DNA of 64,000 nucleotides from assembly GCA_963814585.1 (NCBI GenBank), contig CAWFDF010000014.1:160001-224000 (forward strand), read 5' to 3'. Source of the stretch: an uncultured delta proteobacterium (GTDB lineage: Bacteria > Myxococcota > Myxococcia > Myxococcales > Anaeromyxobacteraceae). The number at the start of each line of letters is the position of its first letter. Position 1 is the first letter of the stretch. The notes under the pieces are model-generated. The model saw nothing but the letters and a program-made list of their open reading frames with translations. It ran no database searches and was not told the origin of the DNA. Shown one piece after another: positions 38,901 through 48,194 of the stretch. Position numbers and translations under genes: made by a program.

Positions 38901-39016
38901 TGGCAGTGGTGGGAGGCCTGGTCTTCTCGCAGTTCTTGACGCTCTACGTCACGCCGGTGTTCTACGTACTCATCGACCGGTGGCGGCCATCCGAGAAGCC
39001 TCGCCCCAGGACATAG
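35936..39016 (+). CDS. RND efflux permease (MdtB/MdtC-like)
   Basis: FIRRPVAT, LPGASPETMA, GFVVDDAIVMLEN, GLVKKNGIMMVDF, RFRPIMMTT; 1,026 aa. Confidence 0.95.
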   Translation: MNISEPFIRRPVATALLTGSLIIFGVVAYRLLPVSDLPAVDYPTIQVSASLPGASPETMATTVAAPLERQFSAIAGLTSMNSTSGQGQTSITLEFDLARNLDGAALDVQSAISAAGGQLPPNLPAAPTYRKVNPADEPIIYLAITSPTLPLSMLNRYGQDIVAQRLATIPGVAQVQVFGSQKYAVRVQVDPRALTSRGIGLDELAQAIRGQNSNLPTGVVQGTSRSYTVEATGGLERASEFGSAVVAYRNGAPVRLADLGRVRDGVENENTAAWFYRDGQERRAIVMAVMRQPGTNTVAVAEAVNQMLPLVEAQLPAAARLFVLYDRAVSIRESVADVKFTLWLTLGLVVLVIFVFLRNLPATVIPSLALPVSLLGTFALMWWAGYSLDNLSLMALTLAVGFVVDDAIVMLENVVRHQEMGKPPLQAALEGSREVAFTIVSMTISLAAVFLPILFMPGLVGRLFHEFAVTIGSAILVSGLVSLTLTPMLCARFLRHAPHAQRHGALYQWTERGFEATIRLYDRGLRWSLDHPRRVMAFSAVVLVSMVPLWNMVPKGFLPIDDTGRVRGVTEGPEGTSFDAMARTQRAAAALVASQPEVEQFMSSVGARGVGGVTQGIMFMKLKDHAVRRHVDAVVADLRALMTRVPGLRVIFQVPPPISLGGGGRALYTVTLQDADLQGLYQAAPAFEAALRALPELQDVTSDLRLASPRLKVEIDRDRAALLGVPAQAVEEALYSAYGSRQVSTIMAPEDQYQVILELLPELRTDPQALSWLHLRGPGGKLVPLEALARVERSVGPLTVSHAGQLPAVNVSFNLRPGRAIGDAVTAIDRTAAATLPPTVVTRFQGAAQAFRDSLTGLGLLLAVSILVIYVVLGVLYESFAHPVTILTALPFAGFGALVTLWIFRAELSVYAFVGIVMLVGLVKKNGIMMVDFALEAQRAGASARDAIHQASITRFRPIMMTTMAALFGTLPLAIGIGAGAEGRRPLGLAVVGGLVFSQFLTLYVTPVFYVLIDRWRPSEKPRPRT

Positions 39017-39112
39017 ACTATACAACAGCTTGACGTTGACCTGACGGACGCCTAAGTCCGGGATCAACCAGCCACAGCTTCCTGGCCCGAACCACCACAA
39101 GGGGTTGAAGAC

Positions 39113-39775
39113 ATGCTGACCCAGAAGCTCCTCGACCTGACCGCCGGCTTCGGCGCCGACTGGGTCAACTTCGTCCTGGTCGGCGTCTCCATCGTCGGCC
39201 TCGGCGTCTTCATCGATCGGGTCGTCTTCTACGCCCGGACCGCCGAGCGGTTCCCCGGGCTCAAGGCCGCCTTCTCGTCCGCCCTCGCAGCCGGTGACCT
39301 GACGGGCGCGCTGCGCGCCGTCGAGGGGGACTCCCTGGCGCGAAACGTGGTCCGCGCCGGCCTCGAGCTGGCGGCCCGCGGGGAGCGGCAGCCGGCCTCG
39401 GTGGAGCAGGCCATGCTCGGACAGCTCTCCGAGGAGCGGGGCCGCTACGAGGCCCGGCTCTCGGTGCTCGCCACCATCGGGAACATCGCGCCGCTCATCG
39501 GGCTGCTGGGCACCGTCATCGGCATCGTCGGGGCCTTCTACGTGCTCGGGAAGGTGGGGACGGTGCAGGCCTCCTCGAACTCGCTGGTGATGGCCTCCAT
39601 CGGCGAGGCGCTGGTGGTCACCGGCTTCGGCATCACCGTGGCGGTCCCGGCGGTGGTGGCCTTCAACGGCCTCAAGGCCCACGTCAACGGCCGGCTCAAG
39701 CAGGCCGAGGCGCTGTGCCGGGAGCTGGTGGCCAACCTGCCCCGGCTGGACACCGACGGCGGGGCGGAGAACTGA
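39113..39775 (+). CDS. exbB: MotA/TolQ/ExbB proton channel
   Basis: LATIGNIAPLIGLLGTVIGI, IGEALVVTGFGITVAVPA. Confidence 0.9.
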   Translation: MLTQKLLDLTAGFGADWVNFVLVGVSIVGLGVFIDRVVFYARTAERFPGLKAAFSSALAAGDLTGALRAVEGDSLARNVVRAGLELAARGERQPASVEQAMLGQLSEERGRYEARLSVLATIGNIAPLIGLLGTVIGIVGAFYVLGKVGTVQASSNSLVMASIGEALVVTGFGITVAVPAVVAFNGLKAHVNGRLKQAEALCRELVANLPRLDTDGGAEN

Positions 39776-39779
39776 GACC

Positions 39780-40226
39780 ATGGCCAGCAACTGGGGCGGC
39801 GCCGGTGACGAGGAGCTGATCGGCGGCGTCAACGTCACGCCCATCGTCGACGTCTGCCTGACCCTGCTGGTGGTCTTCATCGTCACCGCCTCGCAGGTGG
39901 TGAACCGGTCGATGCCGGTCAACCTGCCGATGGCCGCGTCGGCCGAGAGCGCGCCGCCGTCGATCCTCAACGTGGCCATCGCCCGGAACGGCGAGGTCTT
40001 CATCAACGGCGCCCCGGCCCGGCTCTCCGACATCCCGCGCGAGGTCGAGGCCGCCAGGGCCCGGGCCGCCTCCGCCGGCGCCGGCGCCGATGCCAGGCTG
40101 GCCGGCTTCGTCTCCGCCGACGTCGACGCCCCGTACGGCAAGTTCGCCGAGGCGGTCGACCAGCTCCGCATCGCCGGCGTCAACGACATCGCGCTCGACA
40201 CCCAGCCCCCCGGCGCGAACCCCTGA
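39780..40226 (+). CDS. exbD: ExbD/TolR protein
   Basis: VNVTPIVDVCLTLLVVFIVT, VNLP, ADVDAPYG. Confidence 0.9.
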   Translation: MASNWGGAGDEELIGGVNVTPIVDVCLTLLVVFIVTASQVVNRSMPVNLPMAASAESAPPSILNVAIARNGEVFINGAPARLSDIPREVEAARARAASAGAGADARLAGFVSADVDAPYGKFAEAVDQLRIAGVNDIALDTQPPGANP

Positions 40227-40236
40227 AGCTCGTCCC

Positions 40237-40992
40237 GTGACCCTGGTCCGTTCCCGCTTCTGGCCGTCGCTCCTGGCCGCCGGCGTCCTCCACCTCGCCG
40301 CCGGGGCCTGGGTCGCCACCCGTCCACCGCCGCGCCTGCAGCCGCGGCGGCCGCCGACCACGGTGCGGCTGGTGGCCCGGGAACGCCCGGCGCCGCCGGA
40401 GGCGCTCAAGCCCAGGGCGCCCGAGCCGGCCAGGCCGCCCCCGCTGGTCTCCAGCAGGCCCAGCGCGCCGGCCCGCGCCGCGCCGCCACCCACGCCGGCT
40501 GCCCCGCAGCCGCCCGGCACGCCGCCCCCGCAGCCTCGCCGCTTCGCCGTCTCCATGGACGCGGTGGTGACGTCCGGCACCGGCGGCATCGCCGTGCCCA
40601 CCACCGCCGGGCCCACCGCCGCTCGAGGCGACCCCGGCGCGCCCGCCTCGGCCTCGGCCGGGGACAACACCGCCTTCGCCAGCCGACCCTCCGACGTGAC
40701 CGACCTGGAGCAGGCGCCCCGGCTGCTGCGCCAGCCGTCCCGGCTCGACCTGCGCGCCCTCTACCCCGAGGCGGCGCGCCGGGAGGGTCTCGAGGCCAAC
40801 GTCGAGGTGGAGCTGCTGGTCGACGAGACCGGCGCCGTGCGCGAGGCCCGCGTCGTCGAGGGCGGCGGTGGCCCCTTCGACGAGGCCGTCCAGCGGCTGG
40901 CCCGCCTGCTCGCCTTCTCTCCCGGCACCCGCGGGGGCCGTCCCGTCCCGGTGCGCTACGCCTGGACCTTCAAGTTCCGGCTCGACGAGTGA
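40237..40992 (+). CDS. tonB: TonB energy transducer
   Basis: N-terminal TM with His, Pro-rich linker, YPEAARREGLEANV...FSPGTRGGRPV. Confidence 0.88.
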   Translation: MTLVRSRFWPSLLAAGVLHLAAGAWVATRPPPRLQPRRPPTTVRLVARERPAPPEALKPRAPEPARPPPLVSSRPSAPARAAPPPTPAAPQPPGTPPPQPRRFAVSMDAVVTSGTGGIAVPTTAGPTAARGDPGAPASASAGDNTAFASRPSDVTDLEQAPRLLRQPSRLDLRALYPEAARREGLEANVEVELLVDETGAVREARVVEGGGGPFDEAVQRLARLLAFSPGTRGGRPVPVRYAWTFKFRLDE

Positions 40993-43565
40993 CCTCCATG
41001 ATCGAACCACGCACCCTGCGAACCGCCCTGGCGTCGATGGCCCTCCTGCTCGCCGCCACGGCGGGGCCGGCCGGGGCGGCGGAGCCGGAGCCGGTCCTGG
41101 CCGTCCCGCCAGCGGCCAAGCTGCTGGTCCCGGCCGAGCTCCCGGCCGGCACCGTCTTCACGTCCCCCGAGGTGCTGGTGGTGCTGTCGATCGACGTGGC
41201 CGCCACCGGCCTGGTCGAGGCGGTCCACGTCGAGCAGGGCGCCGGCGAGCCTTTCGACGAGGCCGCCGCCGCCGCCGCACGGAAGTTCGTCTTCGAGCCG
41301 GGCCGGCTCTCCACCGGCGAGGCGGTGCCGGTCACCATCAGCTTCCGGATGCGCCTCACCCCGCCGCTGGAGGCCCCGGCCCCGCCGCCGGCCCCGGTCC
41401 GCCTCGCCGGCCGGCTCCTGGAGCGCGGCACCCGCAAGCCGCTGGCCAACGTCGCGGTGGCCGCCCGCACCGGCGCCGAGCCGCTCAAGGCGACCACCGG
41501 CCCCGACGGCCGCTTCCTGCTGGAGGTGCCGGAACCCACCTTCACGCTGGTGGCGGTGCCGCCCGGACACGACCGGCTGGAGCTGCGCATCGAGGCGAGG
41601 CCCGGGGAGGAGCGGGAGGAGACCTTCTACCTGGAGCGGTCCGGAGGCGGGAACGAGACGGTGGTGAGCGCCAGCCCGGTCCGCCGCGAGATCACGCGCC
41701 AGGTGATCCCCGCCAGCGAGGTGGCGAAGGTGGCCGGCACGCAGGGCGACACCATCAAGGCGGTGCTCAACCTGCCGGGCGTGGCCCGCACCGCCTTCGG
41801 CTCCGGCCAGCTCGTCCTGCGCGGCTCCGGGCCGGGTGACTCGCGCGTCTTCCTCGAGGGCCAGGAGATCCCGCTCCTCTACCACTTCGGCGGGCTGCGC
41901 AGCACCATCAACCCCCGCTTCCTCGAGCAGGTCGAGTTCGTCCCCGGCAACTTCGCCCCCGACTACGGCCGCGCCACCGGCGGCATCGTCGACGTGAAGC
42001 TGCGCGACCCGGCCTCCGACATGGTGCGGGGCGAGGCCTTCGTGAACTTCTACGACGCCGGCGGCGCCGTGGAGGGCCCCCTCGGCGGCGGCTGGGCCGG
42101 CGGTGCCTCCTTCCGCCGCTCCTGGATCGACACCATCCTGCCGCTGGTGCTGCCGCGGGAGGCCAACCTCTCCTTCGACTCGGCGCCCCGCTACTACGAC
42201 TACCAGTTCCTGGTGACGAAGAGGCTCGGCGGCCAGGCGGTGCGCCTCCTCTGGTACGGCTCGATGGACAAGGTGGTGGTGATCCTCGAGCGGCCGCCCG
42301 ACGACCCGAAGATCACCGGGACCATCTCGGCCCGCACCATGTTCCACGCCCTGCAGGGCTCGATCGCCGGCGAGGTGCGCCCCGGGCTGCGGCAGGAGTC
42401 GAGCGTCCAGCTCTCGTTCAACCAGTTCCGCACCCAGTTCGGTCCTGAGTTCTTCTTCGACCTCGACGTGCCGCAGCTGGCCATCCGCAGCACCTGGACG
42501 CTCGATCTCGCCAGGGGGCTGCAGCTGCGCGGCGGGGTCGACGCCACCACCGCCGGCGTCACCATCAAGCTCAACGCCCCCGCACCGCCGAAGGAGGGCG
42601 AGCCCGGCACCCCCGTCTCCACCTCGAGCGTCCTCTCCCTCGAGGAGAAGACCAGCCAGGCGGAGCCGGCCGCCTTCCTCGAGCTGCGCTGGGAGCCGCT
42701 GCCCCCGCTGCTGGTGCTGGCCGGCGTCCGCGTCGACTGGTACAGCGCCATCTCCAGCGGGTCGGTCGACCCCCGCCTCGGCGCCCGCTGGGAGCTGCGT
42801 CCGGGCAGCACGCTCAAGGCCGGCGTCGGACTCTTCCACCAGCCGCCCCAGCCCGACGAGAGCGCTCCCGACGTCGGCAACCCCGACCTCGAGCCCGAGG
42901 CGGCCATCCACTACTCGGTCGGGTTCGAGCAGCGGCTCGGCGACGCCTTCGAGTCCGAGGCGACCGGCTACTCCAAGAAGGTCACCGGCCTGGTGGTGCG
43001 CAACCCGGCCGCCTCCTACGACCCGGCCCAGGTGCCCTACACCAATGACGGCACCGGGCGGGTCCACGGCCTCGAGCTGATCCTCAAGGCCCGCGCCGGC
43101 GACAGGTTCTTCGGCTGGATCGCCTACACCTTCCAGCGGGCCTACCGGACCGACGTCCCCGGCCAGGCGGAGCGCCCGTTCTCGTTCGACCAGCCGCACA
43201 ACCTGACCGTGGTCGGGACCTGGAACTTCGCCAGGGCCTGGTCCTTCGGCGGCCGCTTCCGCTACGTGTCGGGGAATCCGAGCACGCCCGTGACCGGCTC
43301 GGTGCTGGACGCCGGCAGCGGCGCCTACGTGCCGCGCTACGGGGCCATCAACTCGACGCGCCTCCCGGCCTTCGGCCAGCTCGACCTGAGGCTCGACCGG
43401 ACCTGGACCTGGGCGACCTGGAGGCTGGTCGGCTTCCTCGACGTCCAGAACGTCACCAACCGCGGCAACGTCGAGGGCTACTCCTACAGCTACGACTACC
43501 GGCAGAAGACCCCCGCCACCGGCCTCCCCATCCTGCCCATCCTCGGCGTCAACGCGGAGTGGTGA
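40989..43565 (+). CDS. TonB-dependent receptor with N-terminal TonB-C-like and carboxypeptidase-regulatory-like domains
   Basis: FDEAAAAAARKFVFEPG; plug NLPGVA...LRGSGP...LYHFGG; GNPDLEPE; DQPHNL; ends in GVNAEW. Start may be 40998. Confidence 0.9.
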   Translation: MTSMIEPRTLRTALASMALLLAATAGPAGAAEPEPVLAVPPAAKLLVPAELPAGTVFTSPEVLVVLSIDVAATGLVEAVHVEQGAGEPFDEAAAAAARKFVFEPGRLSTGEAVPVTISFRMRLTPPLEAPAPPPAPVRLAGRLLERGTRKPLANVAVAARTGAEPLKATTGPDGRFLLEVPEPTFTLVAVPPGHDRLELRIEARPGEEREETFYLERSGGGNETVVSASPVRREITRQVIPASEVAKVAGTQGDTIKAVLNLPGVARTAFGSGQLVLRGSGPGDSRVFLEGQEIPLLYHFGGLRSTINPRFLEQVEFVPGNFAPDYGRATGGIVDVKLRDPASDMVRGEAFVNFYDAGGAVEGPLGGGWAGGASFRRSWIDTILPLVLPREANLSFDSAPRYYDYQFLVTKRLGGQAVRLLWYGSMDKVVVILERPPDDPKITGTISARTMFHALQGSIAGEVRPGLRQESSVQLSFNQFRTQFGPEFFFDLDVPQLAIRSTWTLDLARGLQLRGGVDATTAGVTIKLNAPAPPKEGEPGTPVSTSSVLSLEEKTSQAEPAAFLELRWEPLPPLLVLAGVRVDWYSAISSGSVDPRLGARWELRPGSTLKAGVGLFHQPPQPDESAPDVGNPDLEPEAAIHYSVGFEQRLGDAFESEATGYSKKVTGLVVRNPAASYDPAQVPYTNDGTGRVHGLELILKARAGDRFFGWIAYTFQRAYRTDVPGQAERPFSFDQPHNLTVVGTWNFARAWSFGGRFRYVSGNPSTPVTGSVLDAGSGAYVPRYGAINSTRLPAFGQLDLRLDRTWTWATWRLVGFLDVQNVTNRGNVEGYSYSYDYRQKTPATGLPILPILGVNAEW

Positions 43566-43567
43566 CC

Positions 43568-44476
43568 ATGCGCTCGCTCGACCGCACCTTGCTCCTCCCG
43601 CTGGCGGCGCTGCTGCTGGGCGGCTGTGCCGACACCTTCACCCCCGCCTCGGTGGTCGAGGACCTCCGGGTGCTGGCCATCGTGGCCGATCCGCCCGAGG
43701 TCCGGCCCCCGGCCGCGCCCGGTGCACCCACCGAGACGGTGACGCTGCGGGCCACCGTGGTGGCCCCTCCGGCCTCACCCGGCGGCCCCCCGGCGACACC
43801 GGCTCCCGCCGACGTGCGGTGGACCTTCTGCCCGTTCTCGGTGGGAGCCTCGAGCGGCTACGCCTGCGCCGTCCCGTCCTGCGAGACGCCGCTGGCGCCG
43901 GCCGCCGACGGGAGCGTCTCCGTCGACCCGCTGGTGCTGGGCGCCGCGTGCCTCTCCTCGCTGGGCGGCTCGCTCCCCGGCGCCCCGGCCGGATCGGGCC
44001 TGCCGGACCAGGTCGAGGTGCTGGTCCGCTACGTGGCCACGCTCGACGGGTTGCGGCGCGAGGCGGTGCAGCGGATCCCGGTCTGGATCACCTCGCCGCC
44101 GGCGACGCAGGAGCGCAACGCCAATCCGCTCGTCTCCGGCTTCCTGGTGGGAGCCGGCTGCGCCGGCGGCGCCTCCGGCTGCTCGGTGGCGTCGGTGGCC
44201 CTCAGCGTGACCATCGATCCGGCCTCCTTCCAGCCCTACCCGGCCGGCCCCGACCGGACCGTGGAGGAGACGGTGGTGATCTCCTTCTTCACCACCGCCG
44301 GCCGCTTCACCGACGAGCGTGACCAGGCCACCGTCGAGGCGCCGCAGGGCGGCACCACGCTCGAGGCCACCGAGCTGGCTGGCGCGACCGAGGCCTGGGT
44401 CTGGGCCGTGGCCCGCGACCTGCGCGGCGGCGAGGCCGTGGCCGGGCCGGTGCGGGTGGTCTTCTCGGTGCCGTGA
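43568..44476 (+). CDS. Lipoprotein associated with the TBDR
   Basis: LLLGGC lipobox; SVVEDLRVLAIVADPPE, NANP, VARDLRGG. Confidence 0.75.
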   Translation: MRSLDRTLLLPLAALLLGGCADTFTPASVVEDLRVLAIVADPPEVRPPAAPGAPTETVTLRATVVAPPASPGGPPATPAPADVRWTFCPFSVGASSGYACAVPSCETPLAPAADGSVSVDPLVLGAACLSSLGGSLPGAPAGSGLPDQVEVLVRYVATLDGLRREAVQRIPVWITSPPATQERNANPLVSGFLVGAGCAGGASGCSVASVALSVTIDPASFQPYPAGPDRTVEETVVISFFTTAGRFTDERDQATVEAPQGGTTLEATELAGATEAWVWAVARDLRGGEAVAGPVRVVFSVP

Positions 44477-44477
44477 G

Positions 44478-44591
44478 CCGCTACCAGCCGCAGGCGCGGC
44501 CGGCGAACGGCAGCGCCGGCCCGCTACCAGCCGCAGGCGCGGCCGGCGAACGGCAGCGCCGGCCCGCTACCAGCCGCAGGCGCGGCCGGCG
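44478..44591. repeat. 43-bp tandem repeat, about 2.65 copies
   Basis: CCGCTACCAGCCGCAGGCGCGGCCGGCGAACGGCAGCGCCGGC at 44478 and 44521, partial third copy at 44564 containing the peptidase stop codon. Confidence 0.95.
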
Positions 44592-46384
44592 TTCTGCTGC
44601 TCGAGCCAGGCCCGCAGCGGCGCGAAGTACTCCAGCAGCGCCCCGGCGTCGGCCTTGCCGCTGCCGGTGAGCGCCGCGTAGGCCTCCGGCCAGGGCCTCG
44701 ACATGCCCATCGCCAGCATGTCGTTCAGCTTCTTGCCGGCCGCCCTGGAGCCGTAGATGGAGCACTCGTGGAGCGGCCCCTTCCAGCCGGCCGCCTCGCA
44801 GAGCGACTTGTGGAACTGGAACTGGTAGACGTGCGCGAGGAAGTAGCGGGTGTACGGGACGTTGGCGGGGATGTGGTACTTGGCGCCCGGGTCGAAGTCG
44901 GCCTCGCTGCGCGCCACCGGCGGCGCCACGCCCTGGTACCTGGCCCTCAGCGCCCACCAGGCCTCGTTGTACTTCGAGGGCGGGGTCTTGCCGCTGAAGA
45001 CGTCCCAGCGCCACTGGTCGATGAGCTTGCCGAACGGCAGGAAGGCGACCTTGGCCAGCGCCCGCTTCAGCTGCACGTTGATGAGCCCCTTGTCGTCCTT
45101 GGGCAGCTCGCCGAGCAGCCCGACCTGCTTCAGGTAGCTGGGCGTGATGGAGAGCGCGATGGCGTCGCCGATGGCCTCGTGGAAGCCGTCGTTGGCGCCG
45201 TTCTGGAAGAGGACGGGCTGGTGGGCGTAGGCCCGCTGGTAGTAGTTGTGGCCGAGCTCGTGATGGATGGTGACGAGATCCTCCTCGTTCGGCTTGATGC
45301 ACATCTTGATGCGCAGGTCTGCGGCGAAGGTGACGTCCCAGGCGCTGGCGTGGCAGACCACCTCGCGATCGCGCGGCCTGGTGAGCTGGGAGCGCTCCCA
45401 GAACGTCGCCGGCAGCGGCTCGAAGCCGAGCGACGTGAAGAAGGCCTCGCCCAGCTTCACCATCCGCTTCGCGTCCCATCCCTGCTTCACCAGCGCGCCG
45501 CTCACGTCCTGCGAGGGCTGCCCCTTGAAGGGCTCGAGGTCGGCGTAGAGGTTGTCCCAGCTCTGCGCCCACATGTTGCCGAGCAGGTGGGCCGGGATGG
45601 GCTTCCGGTCCGGCACCTTGTCCGGTCCGTACTTCTTCTGCAGCTCGGCCCGGACGTAGCAGTGGAGCTGGTCGTAGAAGGGCTTCACCTCGCCCCAGAG
45701 CCGGTCGGTGTCGGCCTCGAAGTCCGCGGCCGGCATGTCGTAGCCGCCGCGCCAGAGCTCGCCGGTGTCCTTCCAGCCCAGGCCGCGGGCCCCCTGGTTG
45801 GCCAGCTCGACCAGCCGCTCGTACTGAGGACGCATCTCGCGCGAGATGGTGTGCCAGCCGGCCCAGGCGCCGAGCAGCTCGTCCCAGTCCCGGCTCTTCG
45901 CCAGGACCTCCTCCAGGTCGAGCAGGTCGCGGCAGGGCGCCTTGCCGTCGGCGCCGCACCACTTCGCCTTCCCGTAGAGCCCGTCGAGCCTCGCCGAGAT
46001 GGCCGCCATCTCGGCCTGCCTGACCGGATCGATCGGCGAGACCACGGGCAGGCCGGCCGCCAGCACCGACGGGTTGCGAAGCAACGTCAGCTGCCGCGCC
46101 ACCGCCGGCGACGAGGCCTGGGCGGCGTTGAAGTGGAGCGACTGGAACACCAGGCCGGTGACGATCGCCAGGGCGTCGGCGTTCAGCTCGGCGGCGAGGA
46201 ACTCGGTGTCGTCGGTGATGTGGGTCTGCCGGACCCAGTCGGCGCTGGAGGAGCGGACCCAGGCGCGGCGCAGCGCAGCATTGGCGCCGTCGACGAAGAG
46301 GGCGTCGGCCGGCTTCGGCCCCGCGGGCGCAGCGGAGGTGGGCGCCGCGGCGAGGGCCGCGGCGAGGACGATGGCGCCGATCAT
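44567..46384 (-). CDS. M2-family peptidyl-dipeptidase (ACE-like)
   Basis: IPAHLLGNMWAQSW, VCHASAWD, HHELGH, GFHEAIGD, FDPGAKYHIP, PYTRYF. Confidence 0.95.
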   Translation of the reverse strand: MIGAIVLAAALAAAPTSAAPAGPKPADALFVDGANAALRRAWVRSSSADWVRQTHITDDTEFLAAELNADALAIVTGLVFQSLHFNAAQASSPAVARQLTLLRNPSVLAAGLPVVSPIDPVRQAEMAAISARLDGLYGKAKWCGADGKAPCRDLLDLEEVLAKSRDWDELLGAWAGWHTISREMRPQYERLVELANQGARGLGWKDTGELWRGGYDMPAADFEADTDRLWGEVKPFYDQLHCYVRAELQKKYGPDKVPDRKPIPAHLLGNMWAQSWDNLYADLEPFKGQPSQDVSGALVKQGWDAKRMVKLGEAFFTSLGFEPLPATFWERSQLTRPRDREVVCHASAWDVTFAADLRIKMCIKPNEEDLVTIHHELGHNYYQRAYAHQPVLFQNGANDGFHEAIGDAIALSITPSYLKQVGLLGELPKDDKGLINVQLKRALAKVAFLPFGKLIDQWRWDVFSGKTPPSKYNEAWWALRARYQGVAPPVARSEADFDPGAKYHIPANVPYTRYFLAHVYQFQFHKSLCEAAGWKGPLHECSIYGSRAAGKKLNDMLAMGMSRPWPEAYAALTGSGKADAGALLEYFAPLRAWLEQQNAGRACGW

Positions 46385-46415
46385 GTGGGCTCCGGGAGGC
46401 GGGAAGCGCCGCAGC

Positions 46416-46640
46416 TCAGGCGCCGCGCCGGTCGTTGGCGAAGGAGGTGGCGTGATCGCGCGGCTCCGCCGCGGACTGGAACAGCCGGCACTTCTCGCAG
46501 GACCAGCTGTCCCAGTCGTGCTTCACCGCCACGTCGAGGCAGCCGTCGTAGTGGAAGCAGTAGAGGCTGCGGTAGCCCGACACGACCGTCTCGGAGCGGA
46601 TCAGCTGGGCGAGCGGCGAAGGATTGGGATGGAGGGTCAC
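46416..46640 (-). CDS. Small four-cysteine hypothetical protein
   Basis: 74 aa, YCFHYDGCLD...WSCEKC; GGGAG RBS before GTG; GC3-rich codon use. Confidence 0.7.
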   Translation of the reverse strand: MTLHPNPSPLAQLIRSETVVSGYRSLYCFHYDGCLDVAVKHDWDSWSCEKCRLFQSAAEPRDHATSFANDRRGA

Positions 46641-46808
46641 GGAGGCTCCCCGGACGGCGGATTGGGGCCGGACAGGCCAGGAGGACGCGCCAAGGTGCCG
46701 CTGACTGGCAGGTCAAGGAAATACCTCCGATGGGGGATCTTGCCTACATCCTCGACGTCATTGAGGTATGAGCCGAAGGACCGCCTGGGGCGGGGGGAGC
46801 AAGCAGCC

Positions 46809-47306
46809 ATGAACGAGCGTCCCTGTAGCGCCTGTGAGCTGCTCGCCGGGCGCCGGAGCGTCCCCGGCGGCGTGGTCTGGCGAGGTGGGGGACTGGCGCT
46901 CCACGCCCTCGACGGCCCGTGTCCGATCCCGGGCTGGCTGGTGCTCACCGCCGAACGCCATTGCCGGGCGCTCCACGACCTGGATGCCGGGACCACCGCG
47001 CAGCTCGGTCCCATCGCGCAGCGGGTGGCGGTGGCGCAGCGAGACGTGCTCGGGGCGGAGCACGTCTACGCCTTCGCCATCGGCGACATGCTGCACCACT
47101 TCCACCTGCACCTCGTGCCTCGCTACGCCGCCACGCCCCAGCGGCTGCGTGGGCGCGGCTGCTTCGACGCCACGCCGGCCGACGCGGTCGGCGAGGCCGA
47201 GCTGGCGGCCGCGGCCAGGCTGGTGGCGGAGGCGCTCGGCGCGGCTGGACCCGGTCAGGGCCCCGCCGGGATGAGCGGCGTCAGCCCGGCGCGGAAGTCG
47301 GGGTAG
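46809..47306 (+). CDS. HIT-family protein
   Basis: CSAC at the N-terminus, PGWLVL, HHFHLHLVPR. Confidence 0.85.
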   Translation: MNERPCSACELLAGRRSVPGGVVWRGGGLALHALDGPCPIPGWLVLTAERHCRALHDLDAGTTAQLGPIAQRVAVAQRDVLGAEHVYAFAIGDMLHHFHLHLVPRYAATPQRLRGRGCFDATPADAVGEAELAAAARLVAEALGAAGPGQGPAGMSGVSPARKSG

Positions 47307-48100
47307 CGGAGCGTCACGCCCAGGACCTCCCGGGTCCAGGTCGAGTCGATCCGCCGGCTCGGCCCACCCGCCGCCACGCCGCTCCTCGGCGGCTCGATCC
47401 CGAGCTGTCTCGCCACCCACTCGACCACCTCGCGGCGGCGTGGAGGGGCGGCGTCGCTGCCGTGATAGGCGGCGCCCGGCTCGCCCCGGTCGAGCGCGGC
47501 CAGCACGAAGGACACCGCGTCGTCGAGGTGGCACCAGTTCATGAAGGCGTCGTCGCCCGGCCCGAGCGCCATGACCCCGGAGCGGACCCGCTGCAGCACC
47601 CCCGAGCGCCCCGGGCCGTAGAGCCCGGAGAGCCGCAGCAGGCAGGCCGGCACGCCGGGCGCGGCGCCCCGGACCAGCCGCTCCGCCTCGACCAGCACCT
47701 CGGCGGTCGGGCTCGAGGGGGCCGGCGGCGTGGTCTCCACCACCAGCGAGCCGTCGCGCTGGCCGAAGACGCCGGTCGAGCCGGTGTAGACGAGGCGCCG
47801 GGCGCCGTGCCGCGCCGCCGCCTCGAGCAGCGTCCGGGTGGCCTCCACGTAGGCGGCCCGGTAGGCCTCGGCGTTGTCGGCGCCCGCCGACTGGCAGGCC
47901 ACCACGGCGTCGAAGGGCGGCAGCCGGGTCGCGGCCCCCGGCGCCGCGAGATCGACGGCCAGCGGCGTGATCCCCGGGGCCCGGAGCGCCTCGACCCGGC
48001 CCAGGTCGCGGCGCACCACGATCACCTGGTCGCCGCGCGCCGCCAGCGACCTGGCCACCACCGAGCCCAGCCACCCCGCTCCCGCCACCAGCACGCGCAT
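47255..48100 (-). CDS. NAD-dependent epimerase/dehydratase (atypical SDR)
   Basis: VLVAGAGWLG, YTGSTGVFG, LRLSGLYGPGR; AAGGAG RBS. Confidence 0.88.
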   Translation of the reverse strand: MRVLVAGAGWLGSVVARSLAARGDQVIVVRRDLGRVEALRAPGITPLAVDLAAPGAATRLPPFDAVVACQSAGADNAEAYRAAYVEATRTLLEAAARHGARRLVYTGSTGVFGQRDGSLVVETTPPAPSSPTAEVLVEAERLVRGAAPGVPACLLRLSGLYGPGRSGVLQRVRSGVMALGPGDDAFMNWCHLDDAVSFVLAALDRGEPGAAYHGSDAAPPRRREVVEWVARQLGIEPPRSGVAAGGPSRRIDSTWTREVLGVTLRYPDFRAGLTPLIPAGP

Positions 48101-48194
48101 CGGCCTCTCCTTCGCCCGCAGCATGTCGACCCAGGGCCGGTCGGCCCCCTCGGCCGCTGGCGGACGGCCGACCTCGTCGTTACCATGGGGAATC

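Noticed and set aside
39017..39112. Cobalamin riboswitch upstream of the TonB operon
   Set aside because: Gap too short and no recognisable B12-box sequence.
44478..44591. Possible mini-CRISPR (28-bp repeat with 15-bp spacers)
   Set aside because: Spacers are identical and too short, the repeat overlaps a coding end, and there are no cas genes.
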